Shown: positions 9,759-18,477, counted from the stretch's first letter. The stretch is 64,000 nt of DNA from Sandaracinaceae bacterium (GCA_016706685.1 JADJJE010000001.1:449575-513574); one strand, 5' to 3'. Numbers and translations are program-made. The notes: generated by a model not told the origin, from the letters alone.

Positions 9759-10206
9759 AGCCCCAGCTCCGCGAGCCGCTTGGCCATGGCCTCACGCTCG
9801 TCTTCGGCCGAGAGCGCTCCGTCACGCATGCTCTCGAACGTCCCGAGGTCCCACAGCTCGATGTAGCGGCCCATACCGGCCCACAGCGCCTCGCGGCCAA
9901 GGTTTGCGTGCTTGCGCAGCCCGCGGGAATGAGCAGGCGGCCCACTTTGTCGACCTCGCACTCCACCGCGCCAGACACGTAGATACGGCGCAGCATGGCC
10001 ACGCTGCGGTCGAACTGCGGCAGCTGCGCCAAGCGCTCTTCGAACGCGAGCCACTCGCTCATGGGATACGCGACGAGGCAGGCCTCGAGCCCGGTGGTCA
10101 CCACCAAGCGTGCGTCCCCCTTGGTGTTGAGCACCTCACGAAACGCGGCGGGAAAGGACGTGCGTCCTTTCGCATCTATCGCGTGCTCGTAGCGGCCTCG
10201 AAACAA
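9755..10206 (-). pseudogene. mraZ: mraZ with a 1-nt frame disruption (pseudogene or sequencing indel)
   Basis: The N-terminal MraZ half (MFRGRYEHAIDAKGRTSFPAAFREVL...VDKVGRLLIPAG) is in the frame of ORF 9724..10206. The C-terminal half (GLRKHANLGREALWAGMGRYIELWDLGTFES...KRLAELGL, stop at 9755) is in the frame of ORF 9755..10054. The frames meet at the G run at 9920-9922 (minus strand). One extra G would give ...LLIPAGLRKHANLG... and a protein of about 150 aa. TTG start at 10206. Confidence 0.8.
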
Positions 10207-10302
10207 CCTTGCGTCCTTCTATCTGGGGGTCTGTGGCGACCGGGGCGGTGACCCCGGCTGGGGATGATGGCACCGCTTGGCACCTTTTACCACTAGGGTC
10301 CG

Positions 10303-10332
10303 AACGTACGGCCGCAGATTTCCAAAAGTCAA
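10303..10332 (-). promoter_or_regulatory. Candidate sigma70-type promoter of the mra operon
   Basis: The minus strand reads TTGACT (10332-10327), an 18-nt spacer, then TACGTT (10308-10303). It lies about 95 nt upstream of the mraZ start. Motif match by eye only. Confidence 0.3.
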
Positions 10333-10387
10333 CTTCCTAGGCCGTGCATCGCCGATGAATACGGCACATTCAGCGGGCGAACGTCGA

Positions 10388-10417
10388 ATGGATCAAGGTG
10401 GATCAAGGTGGATCGAC
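10388..10417. promoter_or_regulatory. Three tandem 10-bp direct repeats (ATGGATCAAG GTGGATCAAG GTGGATCGAC), candidate MraZ operator
   Basis: Read directly on the plus strand in the mraZ upstream intergenic region. TGGAT pentamers are separated by 5-nt spacers. This is the same architecture as the TGGGN x3 operator described for E. coli MraZ. Confidence 0.4.
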
Positions 10418-10479
10418 ATCGCCACCACGTGACATTCGATCAGTGCTTTTGAGCCACTGAAACCGGATAGAGTGGCGCG

Positions 10480-10848
10480 ATGCTTCCGCATGAACCGTCG
10501 CTGCCCGAGCCTCTGGCCCACGCGTGGGAAGCGGTGCGCGCCGACTGGCAGAGCGAGGCGCGCCACGCGGCCTTCATCGAGCTGTGCGCCCAGCAGCAGC
10601 GGCTGCCCGACGCCGGAGCGCTCTACCGGGGGGTGAAGGAGCGTGAGCCCGCGCACGCCGAGCAGGCCGAGCAGCAGCTGCAGCGCATCATGGCGCGGGC
10701 CCTGGTCATGCTGGCCCAACAGGCGCCCCAGCCCGTGGCCCCCGGCGCCCGGCGCTACGTGCTGCTGCTGGCCGTGCTCGTGGCGGGGTTGCTCATGGGC
10801 TCGGCCATCTTCGCCGCGACACGCTTGGTTTCTGAAGGCAGCAGCTGA
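10480..10848 (+). CDS. Hypothetical protein with a single C-terminal TM helix
   Basis: ORF 10480..10848 with strong GC3 bias. About 85 soluble residues followed by YVLLLAVLVAGLLMGSAIFAA. No family recognised. Same strand as the GTPase gene and 20 nt upstream of it. Confidence 0.55.
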   Translation: MLPHEPSLPEPLAHAWEAVRADWQSEARHAAFIELCAQQQRLPDAGALYRGVKEREPAHAEQAEQQLQRIMARALVMLAQQAPQPVAPGARRYVLLLAVLVAGLLMGSAIFAATRLVSEGSS

Positions 10849-10868
10849 TAGTCTCGGCGAACGCTTCC

Positions 10869-11528
10869 ATGCAGCTGGACTTCAACGCGCGCGAGCTGAC
10901 GATCAAGCTGGTCTACTACGGCCCGGCCTTGAGCGGGAAGACCACCAACCTGCAGGCCATCCACACGCTGGTGGACTCCCACGCCAGCGGCCGTCTGATG
11001 ACGCTCGAGACGCGTGACGACCGCACGCTGTTCTTCGACCTGTTGCCGCTGTCCTTCGAGGCCGGCGGGCTCACCATCCGCATCAAGCTCTTCACGGTGC
11101 CGGGGCAGGTCATCCACAACGCCACGCGTCGGTTGGTGCTGCAGGGCGCCGATGGCGTGGCGTTCATCGCCGACTCGCAGGTCGCCGAGACCGCGGCCAA
11201 CCGCGACGCCTTCCTCAACATGCAGGAGAACCTGCGCGAGAACGGCCTCGACCCGGACCAGGTGCCGCTGGTCATCCAGTTCAACAAGCGCGACATGCCG
11301 AACGTGCGCACGGACGCCGAGCTGGACCGCATGGCAGAGCGCGGGAAGGAGCCGGTCTTCAAGGCCGTCGCGCTGCGCGGCGTGGGCGTGCTGGAGACGC
11401 TGCTGGGCCTGCTCGAGCACACGTTCGCACACCTCGAGCGGCTGCACGCGCTCGAGACCAAGTTCGGCCTCAAGCAGTCCACGTTCATGGCCGAGGTGCG
11501 GCAGCGCCTGGAGACGGGGCGCCCATGA
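10869..11528 (+). CDS. MglA-family Ras-like small GTPase
   Basis: ORF 10869..11528. P-loop YYGPALSGKTTN, switch region DDRTLFFDLLPL, G3 TVPGQ and G4 NKRD. These are collinear with the Myxococcus MglA motifs (GPGLCGKTT / DRTLFFDFLPL / TVPGQ / NKRD). It carries an extra C-terminal tail of about 25 aa. Confidence 0.9.
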   Translation: MQLDFNARELTIKLVYYGPALSGKTTNLQAIHTLVDSHASGRLMTLETRDDRTLFFDLLPLSFEAGGLTIRIKLFTVPGQVIHNATRRLVLQGADGVAFIADSQVAETAANRDAFLNMQENLRENGLDPDQVPLVIQFNKRDMPNVRTDAELDRMAERGKEPVFKAVALRGVGVLETLLGLLEHTFAHLERLHALETKFGLKQSTFMAEVRQRLETGRP

Positions 11529-12931
11529 GCCTCGAGACCAGCGCCACGCGGGGTGCCATCGACATCGCCCTCGGCGACGTCGCCAAGCTCGAAGAGGTGG
11601 TGGACCGCGAAGCACTCACGCAGGTCTGTCGCTCGTTCTTCGACCTCTTCTCGCTCAGCGTGCGCATCTTCTCGAGCTCGGGCGTGCTGCTGGCAGACGT
11701 CCACGAAGAGCAGAGCATCTGCCGCTACGTGAACACCCTGCCTGGCGGCCGCGACGCGTGTCGCTCCGTGGTGGCCGGCGTGCGGAACGCGCCCATGAGC
11801 CCGGAGATCGTGGGGCATCCGTGCTTCACCGGGGCCGTCTACCGCATCGTCCCCATCCTCTACCAAGGGCGCTCCGTGGGGCGCATCGTGCTGGGCCCGT
11901 ACCTGCCCGCGGACACTCGAGAGGTGCCCGCCGCGCTCTTGGCCGTGGACCCGGGCATCGAGCAGCACGAGGCGCGTGACCGCCTGGCGCAGCTGCCCCG
12001 CGTCCGCACCGAGACCAGCGACCGCATCATCGAGCACCTGCGCGGCATCCTGGATCTGCTGCTGTTCAGCAGCCACCGCGCGCACCTCACCAGCGAGATG
12101 CACGTGGCCAGCGTGCGCGAGAGCTTCCGCGAGCTGGCCGAGAAGAACGACCGGCTCACCGCAGCCTACGAGCGGCTCAAGGAGCTGGACCGCCTCAAGA
12201 GCAACTTCCTGGCCACGGTCAGCCACGAGCTGCGCACCCCGCTCACCAGCATCATCGGGTACTCGGAGATGCTGGAGTCCGGCATGGTGGGCGAGCTCAA
12301 CACCGAGCAGCAGGAGTTCGTGCACACCATCTTCGAGAAGGGGGACCAGCTGCTCGCGCTGATCACCACCCTGCTCGACCTGTCCAAGATGGACCAGAGC
12401 TCGCTTCGGCTCGACCGCGTGCCCGTGGACGCGAAGCTCCTGCTCGGGGACGTCCAGTCCAACATCGCGCCCGTGGCCAACAAGCGCGGCATCCGCGTGG
12501 AGACCAAGGTCGAGCCCGACCTCCCGCACCTCGACGGCGACTTGGTGCGCCTGCGCCAGGTGCTCTTCAACCTCGCGGACAACGCGGTGAAGTTCACGCC
12601 CGACGGGGGCCGCGTGGAGCTCGTGCTGGCGCGCGACGTCATCGAAGACGAAACGTCGGGCATGGGCGCCGTGCTCATGGGGGGCGACTCCGTGCCCGCG
12701 CTGCGCTTCGACGTACGCGACTCGGGCATCGGCATGGCCAAGAACGAGCTCACGCGCATCTTCGACGCGTTCTACCAGGTGGACGGAAGCTCCACGCGGG
12801 AGCACGGTGGCGCCGGCCTCGGGCTGAACATCGCCAAGCGCATCGCCGAGGCGCATGGCGGGCGCATCAGCGTCACCAGCGAGCTGGGCGTGGGGACCAC
12901 GTTCTCGGTGCTGCTGCCCACCGTGCGCTAG
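11525..12931 (+). CDS. Cytoplasmic sensor histidine kinase with an N-terminal PocR-like sensory domain
   Basis: ORF 11525..12931. PocR-like Cys pattern (SICRYVNTLPGGRDACRS...GHPCFTGAVYRIVPILYQGRSVGRIVLGPY). H-box SHELRTPL and ATPase boxes NLADNAVKF, DSGIGM and GGAGLGLNIAKRI. No TM segment. The start overlaps the GTPase stop (ATGA at 11525-11528). Confidence 0.9.
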   Translation: MSLETSATRGAIDIALGDVAKLEEVVDREALTQVCRSFFDLFSLSVRIFSSSGVLLADVHEEQSICRYVNTLPGGRDACRSVVAGVRNAPMSPEIVGHPCFTGAVYRIVPILYQGRSVGRIVLGPYLPADTREVPAALLAVDPGIEQHEARDRLAQLPRVRTETSDRIIEHLRGILDLLLFSSHRAHLTSEMHVASVRESFRELAEKNDRLTAAYERLKELDRLKSNFLATVSHELRTPLTSIIGYSEMLESGMVGELNTEQQEFVHTIFEKGDQLLALITTLLDLSKMDQSSLRLDRVPVDAKLLLGDVQSNIAPVANKRGIRVETKVEPDLPHLDGDLVRLRQVLFNLADNAVKFTPDGGRVELVLARDVIEDETSGMGAVLMGGDSVPALRFDVRDSGIGMAKNELTRIFDAFYQVDGSSTREHGGAGLGLNIAKRIAEAHGGRISVTSELGVGTTFSVLLPTVR

Positions 12932-12934
12932 CGC

Positions 12935-13908
12935 ATGGACGAGTTCGAGTTCATCTCCGCCCTGACCGAGCGCTTCACGCGCGACGGCGCGGCAGGTGCT
13001 CCCTGGTGGACATCGGCGACGACGCAGCGGTGCTGCACGCGGACGCGCGACCGCTGGTGGTGAGCGTGGACGCATCGGTGGAGGGCGTGCACTTTCTGCG
13101 AGACTTCGCGCCGGCGGAGGACCTGGGCTATCGGGCGCTGATGGCGGCGGCCAGCGACCTGGGTGCCATGGGCGCCGACCCGGAGTCTGCGCTGCTGGCC
13201 CTGATCATCGCGCCGGGCACGCCGCGCGACTGGCTGCTCGCTCTGGCAGACGGCTACGCCGAGGCCGCCGAGGTGTGTGGCCTGCGCGTGGTGGGTGGCA
13301 ACGTGAGCCGCGGTGACGCCCTCTCGATGACCACGACCGTGCTCGGGCGCATGCCCGAAGGCACGTTGCCCCTTCGGCGCCAGGGCGCCCGCGTGGGGGA
13401 CGACGTCTACGTGAGTGGCCCCGTGGGCAGCGCCGCGCTCGGTCTGGCCGCCATCCGGGCCGGCACCACGGACCACGACGGCGCGACGCGCGAGTGCATG
13501 CGACGCTGGCGTCGCCCGTGTGCTCGACTCTCCGTCGGTGCCGCGCTGCGTGGGTTGGCCACCAGCGCCATCGATCTGTCCGACGGACTGCTGCAAGACC
13601 TCACCCACGTGGCGCTGGCGTCGGGGGTGGGGCTCGAGCTCCGGCTGGCGGACATCCCCCGGGTGGCCGGCTTCGCCCAAGCGTGCGCCCACCATGGGCT
13701 CCAGCCCGAGGACACCGCGCTCACCGGCGGCGAGGACTACGAGCTGGCGTTCACCGCACCACGAGCGCAGCGCGAGCGAGTGGGCACGCTGCTCCCGGGC
13801 GTCTCACGCATTGGGGAGGTGGTGGCCACCCCGGGCGTGCGTGTATTGGACGCCCAGGGATGCCTGCGAGACGCGAACGGCCCCGCCGGCTTCCGCCACG
13901 AGTGGTAG
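12935..13908 (+). pseudogene. thiL: Thiamine-monophosphate kinase ThiL with a 1-nt frame disruption near the 5' end (pseudogene or sequencing indel)
   Basis: ATG at 12935 encodes MDEFEFISALTERFTRDGAAGAP, matching the ThiL N-terminus pattern (E. coli GEFSLIARYF). The rest, (V)DIGDDAAVLHAD...VDASVEGVHF...DLSDGL...GGEDYEL, is ORF 13006..13908 in a different frame. The frames meet at the CCC run at 13001-13003. One extra C would restore ...GAPLVDIGDDAAVL. Confidence 0.8.
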
Positions 13909-13962
13909 CGGAGCGCCCTGCGGGGCCGTGCCGAAGCCGAGGTCGGCGGACGCGCCGAGGCC

Positions 13963-14823
13963 TCAGTTGCCGCGCGTGGTGCCCGTGATGTGGTCGGCGA
14001 CGTTCGAGTGCGGGTCGTTGACCTCGGCGTCCGGGTCGGCGGTCACGGAGTCCACCAGCGCGTGGCCCTGGTTGGGGTTGCGCGGAGCCACGGGTCGCAG
14101 CTCGGTGAGGTTGGCCACGGTGGCGAGGTCCTCGTAGACCAGCGCGAAGGTGTGGCCGTTGTCCACGAAGCGCAGGCGTGTCGTCTGATCACGCCACTCG
14201 TACCAGCGCGTCTCGCGCCCGATCGTCTCGTAGAGCTGGCCCTCTTGGATCTGCGAGGGCCCGAAGCGCTCGATCATCTGGGCGCCGAAGTCCTCGAAGG
14301 ACGTGCCCGCCACGACGCTGGGCAGGAACTGCCGGTACTGCTTCCACAGGCGGTTCTGGATGAAGAAGTAGTAGTCGTCTGCCTCGGCGGTGCGCCGCTG
14401 CATCATGGCTTCTTGGTTGTTGTGAGTGAACTCACCGCGCAGGTTGTTCGAGTCGTGACCGCTGACGGTCCCGTTGAACTCGAAGTAGCTGTCCATGATG
14501 CGGCGCACCGCGCGGCCCATCTCGGCGCGGGCGTTGTCTTCCTCGATGGCGCCGGGCGCGTCACGAATGATGGGCTCGTACTCGGCTTCGAGGGCCTCCC
14601 GCAGGAAACGCAGGGTGCGCTGGCGGGTCCAGCCCCACTGCAGCCCGTTGAGGGACGGCCGAATGGCCTCGCTCATGCGCACGCGTGCACGCTGCTGTTG
14701 AGCGGCCTGACCTTGCTGGCCGCCGCGGCGGCGCTGGGCGTCCACGTCGCCAGTGGGGACCAGCGTGGACAGACCGACCACCACGACGCCGGCGCGGATG
14801 AGAGTGGACTTCGAAAACGACAT
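13963..14823 (-). CDS. Secreted hypothetical protein
   Basis: ORF 13963..15000 trimmed to the ATG at 14823, which has GGAGG 4 nt upstream. Signal-peptide-like N-terminus MSFSKSTLIRAGVVVVGLSTLVPTG. No family recognised. Confidence 0.6.
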   Translation of the reverse strand: MSFSKSTLIRAGVVVVGLSTLVPTGDVDAQRRRGGQQGQAAQQQRARVRMSEAIRPSLNGLQWGWTRQRTLRFLREALEAEYEPIIRDAPGAIEEDNARAEMGRAVRRIMDSYFEFNGTVSGHDSNNLRGEFTHNNQEAMMQRRTAEADDYYFFIQNRLWKQYRQFLPSVVAGTSFEDFGAQMIERFGPSQIQEGQLYETIGRETRWYEWRDQTTRLRFVDNGHTFALVYEDLATVANLTELRPVAPRNPNQGHALVDSVTADPDAEVNDPHSNVADHITGTTRGN

Positions 14824-14890
14824 GAGACCTCCGGGGTCGGGATTCAACGGCAAGAGGGGGATCCTGCGCAACACTATAAAGAGGATACGC

Positions 14891-14920
14891 GCACCCGCAG
14901 TGAAAGCCCACTGCGGGTGC
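14891..14920 (-). terminator. Strong hairpin (12-bp perfect stem, 6-nt loop) downstream of the EI24/CysZ-like gene
   Basis: GCACCCGCAGTG-AAAGCC-CACTGCGGGTGC read directly. On the minus strand it is followed by CGCGUAUCCUCUUUAUAG, which is moderately U-rich. It lies about 90 nt after the stop at 15009. Confidence 0.5.
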
Positions 14921-15008
14921 ACGCACCGCTCAGGCACGCCCGCCGGCTGTGGAGGAGCAGTCGGGCACGGGTCAGACGCCGGAGCGGACCGTCCATTCAA
15001 CGGTGGTG

Positions 15009-15857
15009 CTACGCGGGCGGAACCAGCCCCTCACGCTCCATGTCGAGGAAGAGCAGCGTGCCCCCTGCCACCGCAGCCGGCATGAAGAAGAGGTTCACCA
15101 GCGGGATCATGAGGAACAGGTACACCCCCGCCCCGAAGCCCAGCATGGGCAGGAAGCGCTGCCGGATGATGGCCGCGCGCCGCCGCACCCCGTAGCCGCG
15201 CCGTGTGGCCGGCCAGTCCACGTAGTCCACGGCGAAGTAGGTGGCCGTGAAGACGAAGCCGAAGACCGCATAGGCCAGCGCGCCCACCACGGGAATGAGG
15301 AACTGGAAGACGAACAACGGCAGCATCACGAACGCGTAGAGGATGAGCTTGGTGACCTCCACGCGCACCGTCCGGATGGTGTCGCGCAGCAGCGCCCGGA
15401 GCGTGAACGGAGGCCCCTCGACGCCAGTGACCCGGCGCTCCACCTCTTCGCTCAAGAGGTCGTTGAACGGAGCGGCGATGATGCTGGCGAGCGCGGCCAC
15501 CACGAGCAGGGCCGCCGCACCCAGCAGGAACGTGAAGACCCAGTCGAAGACGGTGTGCGCCACGCGCTTCACCCCACCCCAGAAGCCGTCGTCGGTGGGG
15601 CTCGACCAGATGGCCTCCACCCAACCCGCGTGGTGCTGCCCCAACTGATAGAAGACCACCGTGAGCAGCCCGAGCGTGATCAGGATGGGGAAGATCCAGT
15701 AGCGGACCAGCCCGGGGTGCTGCAGGTAGACGAAGCGCGCGCCGCGGAAGGGGTAACGGAAGCCCGCCAGGAAGCCGAGCGTGAGGCGTGCCGGGGTGGC
15801 CGCCACATCCTTCACCACGCTGACGACCTTCTGGACGACAGGCGGCTCCGATGTCAC
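15009..15857 (-). CDS. EI24/CysZ-family membrane protein
   Basis: ORF 15009..15857. Polytopic membrane protein with an N-terminal region (GFLAGFRYPFRGARFVYLQHPGLVRYWIFPILI) and layout typical of the CysZ/EI24 (DUF540) family. 4-nt overlap with the upstream MCE gene. Confidence 0.7.
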   Translation of the reverse strand: MTSEPPVVQKVVSVVKDVAATPARLTLGFLAGFRYPFRGARFVYLQHPGLVRYWIFPILITLGLLTVVFYQLGQHHAGWVEAIWSSPTDDGFWGGVKRVAHTVFDWVFTFLLGAAALLVVAALASIIAAPFNDLLSEEVERRVTGVEGPPFTLRALLRDTIRTVRVEVTKLILYAFVMLPLFVFQFLIPVVGALAYAVFGFVFTATYFAVDYVDWPATRRGYGVRRRAAIIRQRFLPMLGFGAGVYLFLMIPLVNLFFMPAAVAGGTLLFLDMEREGLVPPA

Positions 15858-17329
15858 GGGGCGAGGCCTCCCGCGAAGGGCAGGATGCCCTTCAGGTCGT
15901 CGTCGTTGAAGCGCAGCATCAGGCCCAGGAACACGTCGCGCGTGCCGTTGAGGGCGTCGTCCACGCCGGCCACCAGCCAGAAGCGGTTGACCAGCTCGAA
16001 GTTGAGGCGCGCGCGCAGGCGGGGCAGCGCTTGCACACCGATGGCGAAGGCGTCGATGTTGAGCTCGAAGCGGTCGTCCAGGATGTGCAGGTCGAGGCCT
16101 AGGCCGCCCGTGGACTCCATGATGCCCACGCGGAACGTGGCGAACGAGACCCGCTTGGCCAGCATGATGGTGAAGCGCAGCGCGTCCGAGCGTGTGATGG
16201 TGGTGCGCGTGTAGACCGGCGGGTCGTCCTCGCCGGCGGGGTTCTGGAACACGGTCTCGCGCCGGGTCCGCTCCGACCCGCGCGGGTCGTCCACCACCTG
16301 GATCAGGAAGTAGCGGCTCTCGCGCGGCTGCAGGCGCAGCGAGAAGTACGTCTTGAAGGTGTTCGCGAGCATGTTGAACTCGCTGCGGATCTCGAGGATG
16401 GTCTGGAGGCGCCCGATGCCGCCGAGGATGCCGCCGATGCCCTCGGCGATGCCCTCGACCTCGTCGATGAGGGTCTCGTCGGAGGTCAGGCGACCGATGG
16501 TGCCCTCGCCCCGCGCGGTGCGGTCGCTCACCTGCCGGACGTCGGCCAGCACGCGCTCCAGCTCCTCGGACGCGCGGTGAATGGAGGCCACCGTGTCGTC
16601 GCTCTCGCCGAGCGCGCGGTCGATGTCGGGGCGCCGCTCGTCGATGACCTGGTCCAGGTTGCGCGTGGCCGACTCCACGTTGTCGAGGATGCGGATGAGG
16701 CGCGGCCCTGCAGCCTCCGTGGCGTCCTCCACGTTGCGCAGGGTGTTGCCCACCACGGCCTCGTTGGCCTGGATGGTGCGGTTCACGGCCTCGAGCGCCT
16801 CGCTCAGGTTGAGCAGCGCGCTCTGCATGCGGTCGCCGGCTTCGTCCGTGCCGAAGGAGCGCTGCATCTGGGCGCTGACGTCCCGGATGTTGGTGGCGAT
16901 TTCACTGACGGTGGTCAGAATCGCGTCCATGGAGGTGGGCTCTTGCGCCAGGAGGATCTGGCCGCCGTCGGGGATGAGCGGCTCGGTCACGCTACCCGGG
17001 TAGATGACCAGCAGCTTCTCCCCCAAGAGCGAAGCGCTTCGCATGGCTACCCGCGCGTCCTCGTGCAGCTCGATGCCCTCGTCCATCACGATGTCCACCC
17101 GCGCGCGGTTGCCCTCGAGGCGGATGGTGTCGATGTAGCCCACCGAGATGCCCGCGATGAGCACACGCGACTTGGGGATGAGGCCCTGCACATCGTCGAA
17201 GAGCGCGTAGACGGTGTAGCCCTCGTTCTCACCCGAGCGCTCGTCGACGTAGCGATAGACGGCGATGGCGACGAACGTCCCGATCACCACCATCAGGCCA
17301 ACGCGGGCCGCCTTCCAAGTGTCATTCAT
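15854..17329 (-). CDS. MCE/MlaD-family protein with a long helical C-terminal region
   Basis: ORF 15854..17329. N-terminal TM anchor followed by an MCE domain (YTVYALFDDVQGLIPKSRVLIAGISVGYIDTIRLEGNRARVDIVMDE...ASLLGEKLLVIYPG). Confidence 0.85.
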   Translation of the reverse strand: MNDTWKAARVGLMVVIGTFVAIAVYRYVDERSGENEGYTVYALFDDVQGLIPKSRVLIAGISVGYIDTIRLEGNRARVDIVMDEGIELHEDARVAMRSASLLGEKLLVIYPGSVTEPLIPDGGQILLAQEPTSMDAILTTVSEIATNIRDVSAQMQRSFGTDEAGDRMQSALLNLSEALEAVNRTIQANEAVVGNTLRNVEDATEAAGPRLIRILDNVESATRNLDQVIDERRPDIDRALGESDDTVASIHRASEELERVLADVRQVSDRTARGEGTIGRLTSDETLIDEVEGIAEGIGGILGGIGRLQTILEIRSEFNMLANTFKTYFSLRLQPRESRYFLIQVVDDPRGSERTRRETVFQNPAGEDDPPVYTRTTITRSDALRFTIMLAKRVSFATFRVGIMESTGGLGLDLHILDDRFELNIDAFAIGVQALPRLRARLNFELVNRFWLVAGVDDALNGTRDVFLGLMLRFNDDDLKGILPFAGGLAP

Positions 17330-17444
17330 CGATGCGGCGACATCCTAGCCGAAAACTGACACCGAGGTGCAAAGACCGGCGGACCCCGGGCGAAAACCGC
17401 CGGCCCATGGAGAGACTCCCGGCAGGCGCCGTGCGCTGTGGTGG

Positions 17445-17474
17445 TTGACCCGCCCGCGCGAGGGCCCGTATCGT
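17445..17474 (+). promoter_or_regulatory. Candidate sigma70-type promoter
   Basis: TTGACC (17445-17450), an 18-nt spacer, then TATCGT (17469-17474). It lies about 30 nt upstream of the TTG start at 17503. Motif match by eye only. Confidence 0.3.
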
Positions 17475-17502
17475 CCGGGCTCGCTCAACGGTCGGACTCA
17501 TT

Positions 17503-18477
17503 TTGCCTACATCGACGCCTCGCCACGCCCTCCCCCCCCTGGCCGCCATGCTCACGCTGGTGCTGGTGGGCTGCGACTTTCACCCTGGCAACCGAGAGGC
17601 GGACCCGGTGTTCACGTCGGACGAGGAGGGCAGCGCCACGCCGCCGCGCATCCCGGGCGCCACGTGTGGCGGGCCGTCGGACTGCGCCACCGACCAGGTG
17701 TGCCTCGAGGCCACCTGCGTGGGGGCCCGCACCAGCGTGAAGGCAGAGCTGCTGGCGGCCGCGGCGGCCCAGCAGTCCGAAGCCGGCGACGCAGCCGGTG
17801 CCGCTGCCAGCTACCAAGAGGCCATCGAGGCCTACGAGGCGGCCGAGATCACGCCACCGGGCGCGGTGTTGTGCCGCGCCGCGCAGAGCATCTTGAGCGT
17901 CACCCACCAGGCCGAGGGGCGCGAGCGTGCGGCACGCATGGCCGACCGCTGCCTGCGCCAGACGCTGCCCGGTGACCATCTGCGCGGCCGCGTCATCGCG
18001 GCCCTCGGGCGCATGCGCTACGACGGCCTCAACCTCGGGGCGTTCGACCTCCCGGAGGCGCCGGCCACGTTCTTCACGGAGACCCCCGCGCGGCCGGATC
18101 CCAACCGCGTGCAGGTCACCATCGAGGTGACCCCGCTCGAGAGCAGCTCGTTCGCGCCCATCATCGCCGCGCTCGAGGGCGAGGCAGCCAAGGCCGCGGC
18201 CCAAGACTGCTTCCTGCAAGACTGGGAAGTGCGCCACGAGCAGCAGGCGGCGGCCAGCTTCCAGGTGCGCTTCTCCTCGCGCTTGCGCGACATGGGTAGC
18301 TACGACGCGTACCCCGCGGAGCTGGAGCTGGTGCAGCAGTCGCTGGCGCAGGAAGGCTTCGAGCCGTGCTTGGCGCGGGTGCTGCCGGCCGTGGTGGAGC
18401 TGCCCGCCAGCCTCGGGCGGGTGGTGTCGTACGAGACGACCATGACCGTGAGCGCCACCCTCCAAGCGAGCGAGTGA
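17503..18477 (+). CDS. Hypothetical lipoprotein
   Basis: ORF 17503..18477 (TTG start). Lipobox LVLVGC after a hydrophobic stretch. No family recognised. Confidence 0.6.
   Translation: MPTSTPRHALPPLAAMLTLVLVGCDFHPGNREADPVFTSDEEGSATPPRIPGATCGGPSDCATDQVCLEATCVGARTSVKAELLAAAAAQQSEAGDAAGAAASYQEAIEAYEAAEITPPGAVLCRAAQSILSVTHQAEGRERAARMADRCLRQTLPGDHLRGRVIAALGRMRYDGLNLGAFDLPEAPATFFTETPARPDPNRVQVTIEVTPLESSSFAPIIAALEGEAAKAAAQDCFLQDWEVRHEQQAAASFQVRFSSRLRDMGSYDAYPAELELVQQSLAQEGFEPCLARVLPAVVELPASLGRVVSYETTMTVSATLQASE

Noticed and set aside
10268-10290. Sigma54-like TGGCACCGCTTGGCAC upstream of the 10480 gene. Similar GGCAC-containing motifs occur near 36864-36885 and 42366-42380.
   Set aside because: The GG-to-GC spacing is off by one or more nucleotides, or the -24 GG is replaced. 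Only the 57692-57707 site fits the consensus spacing.
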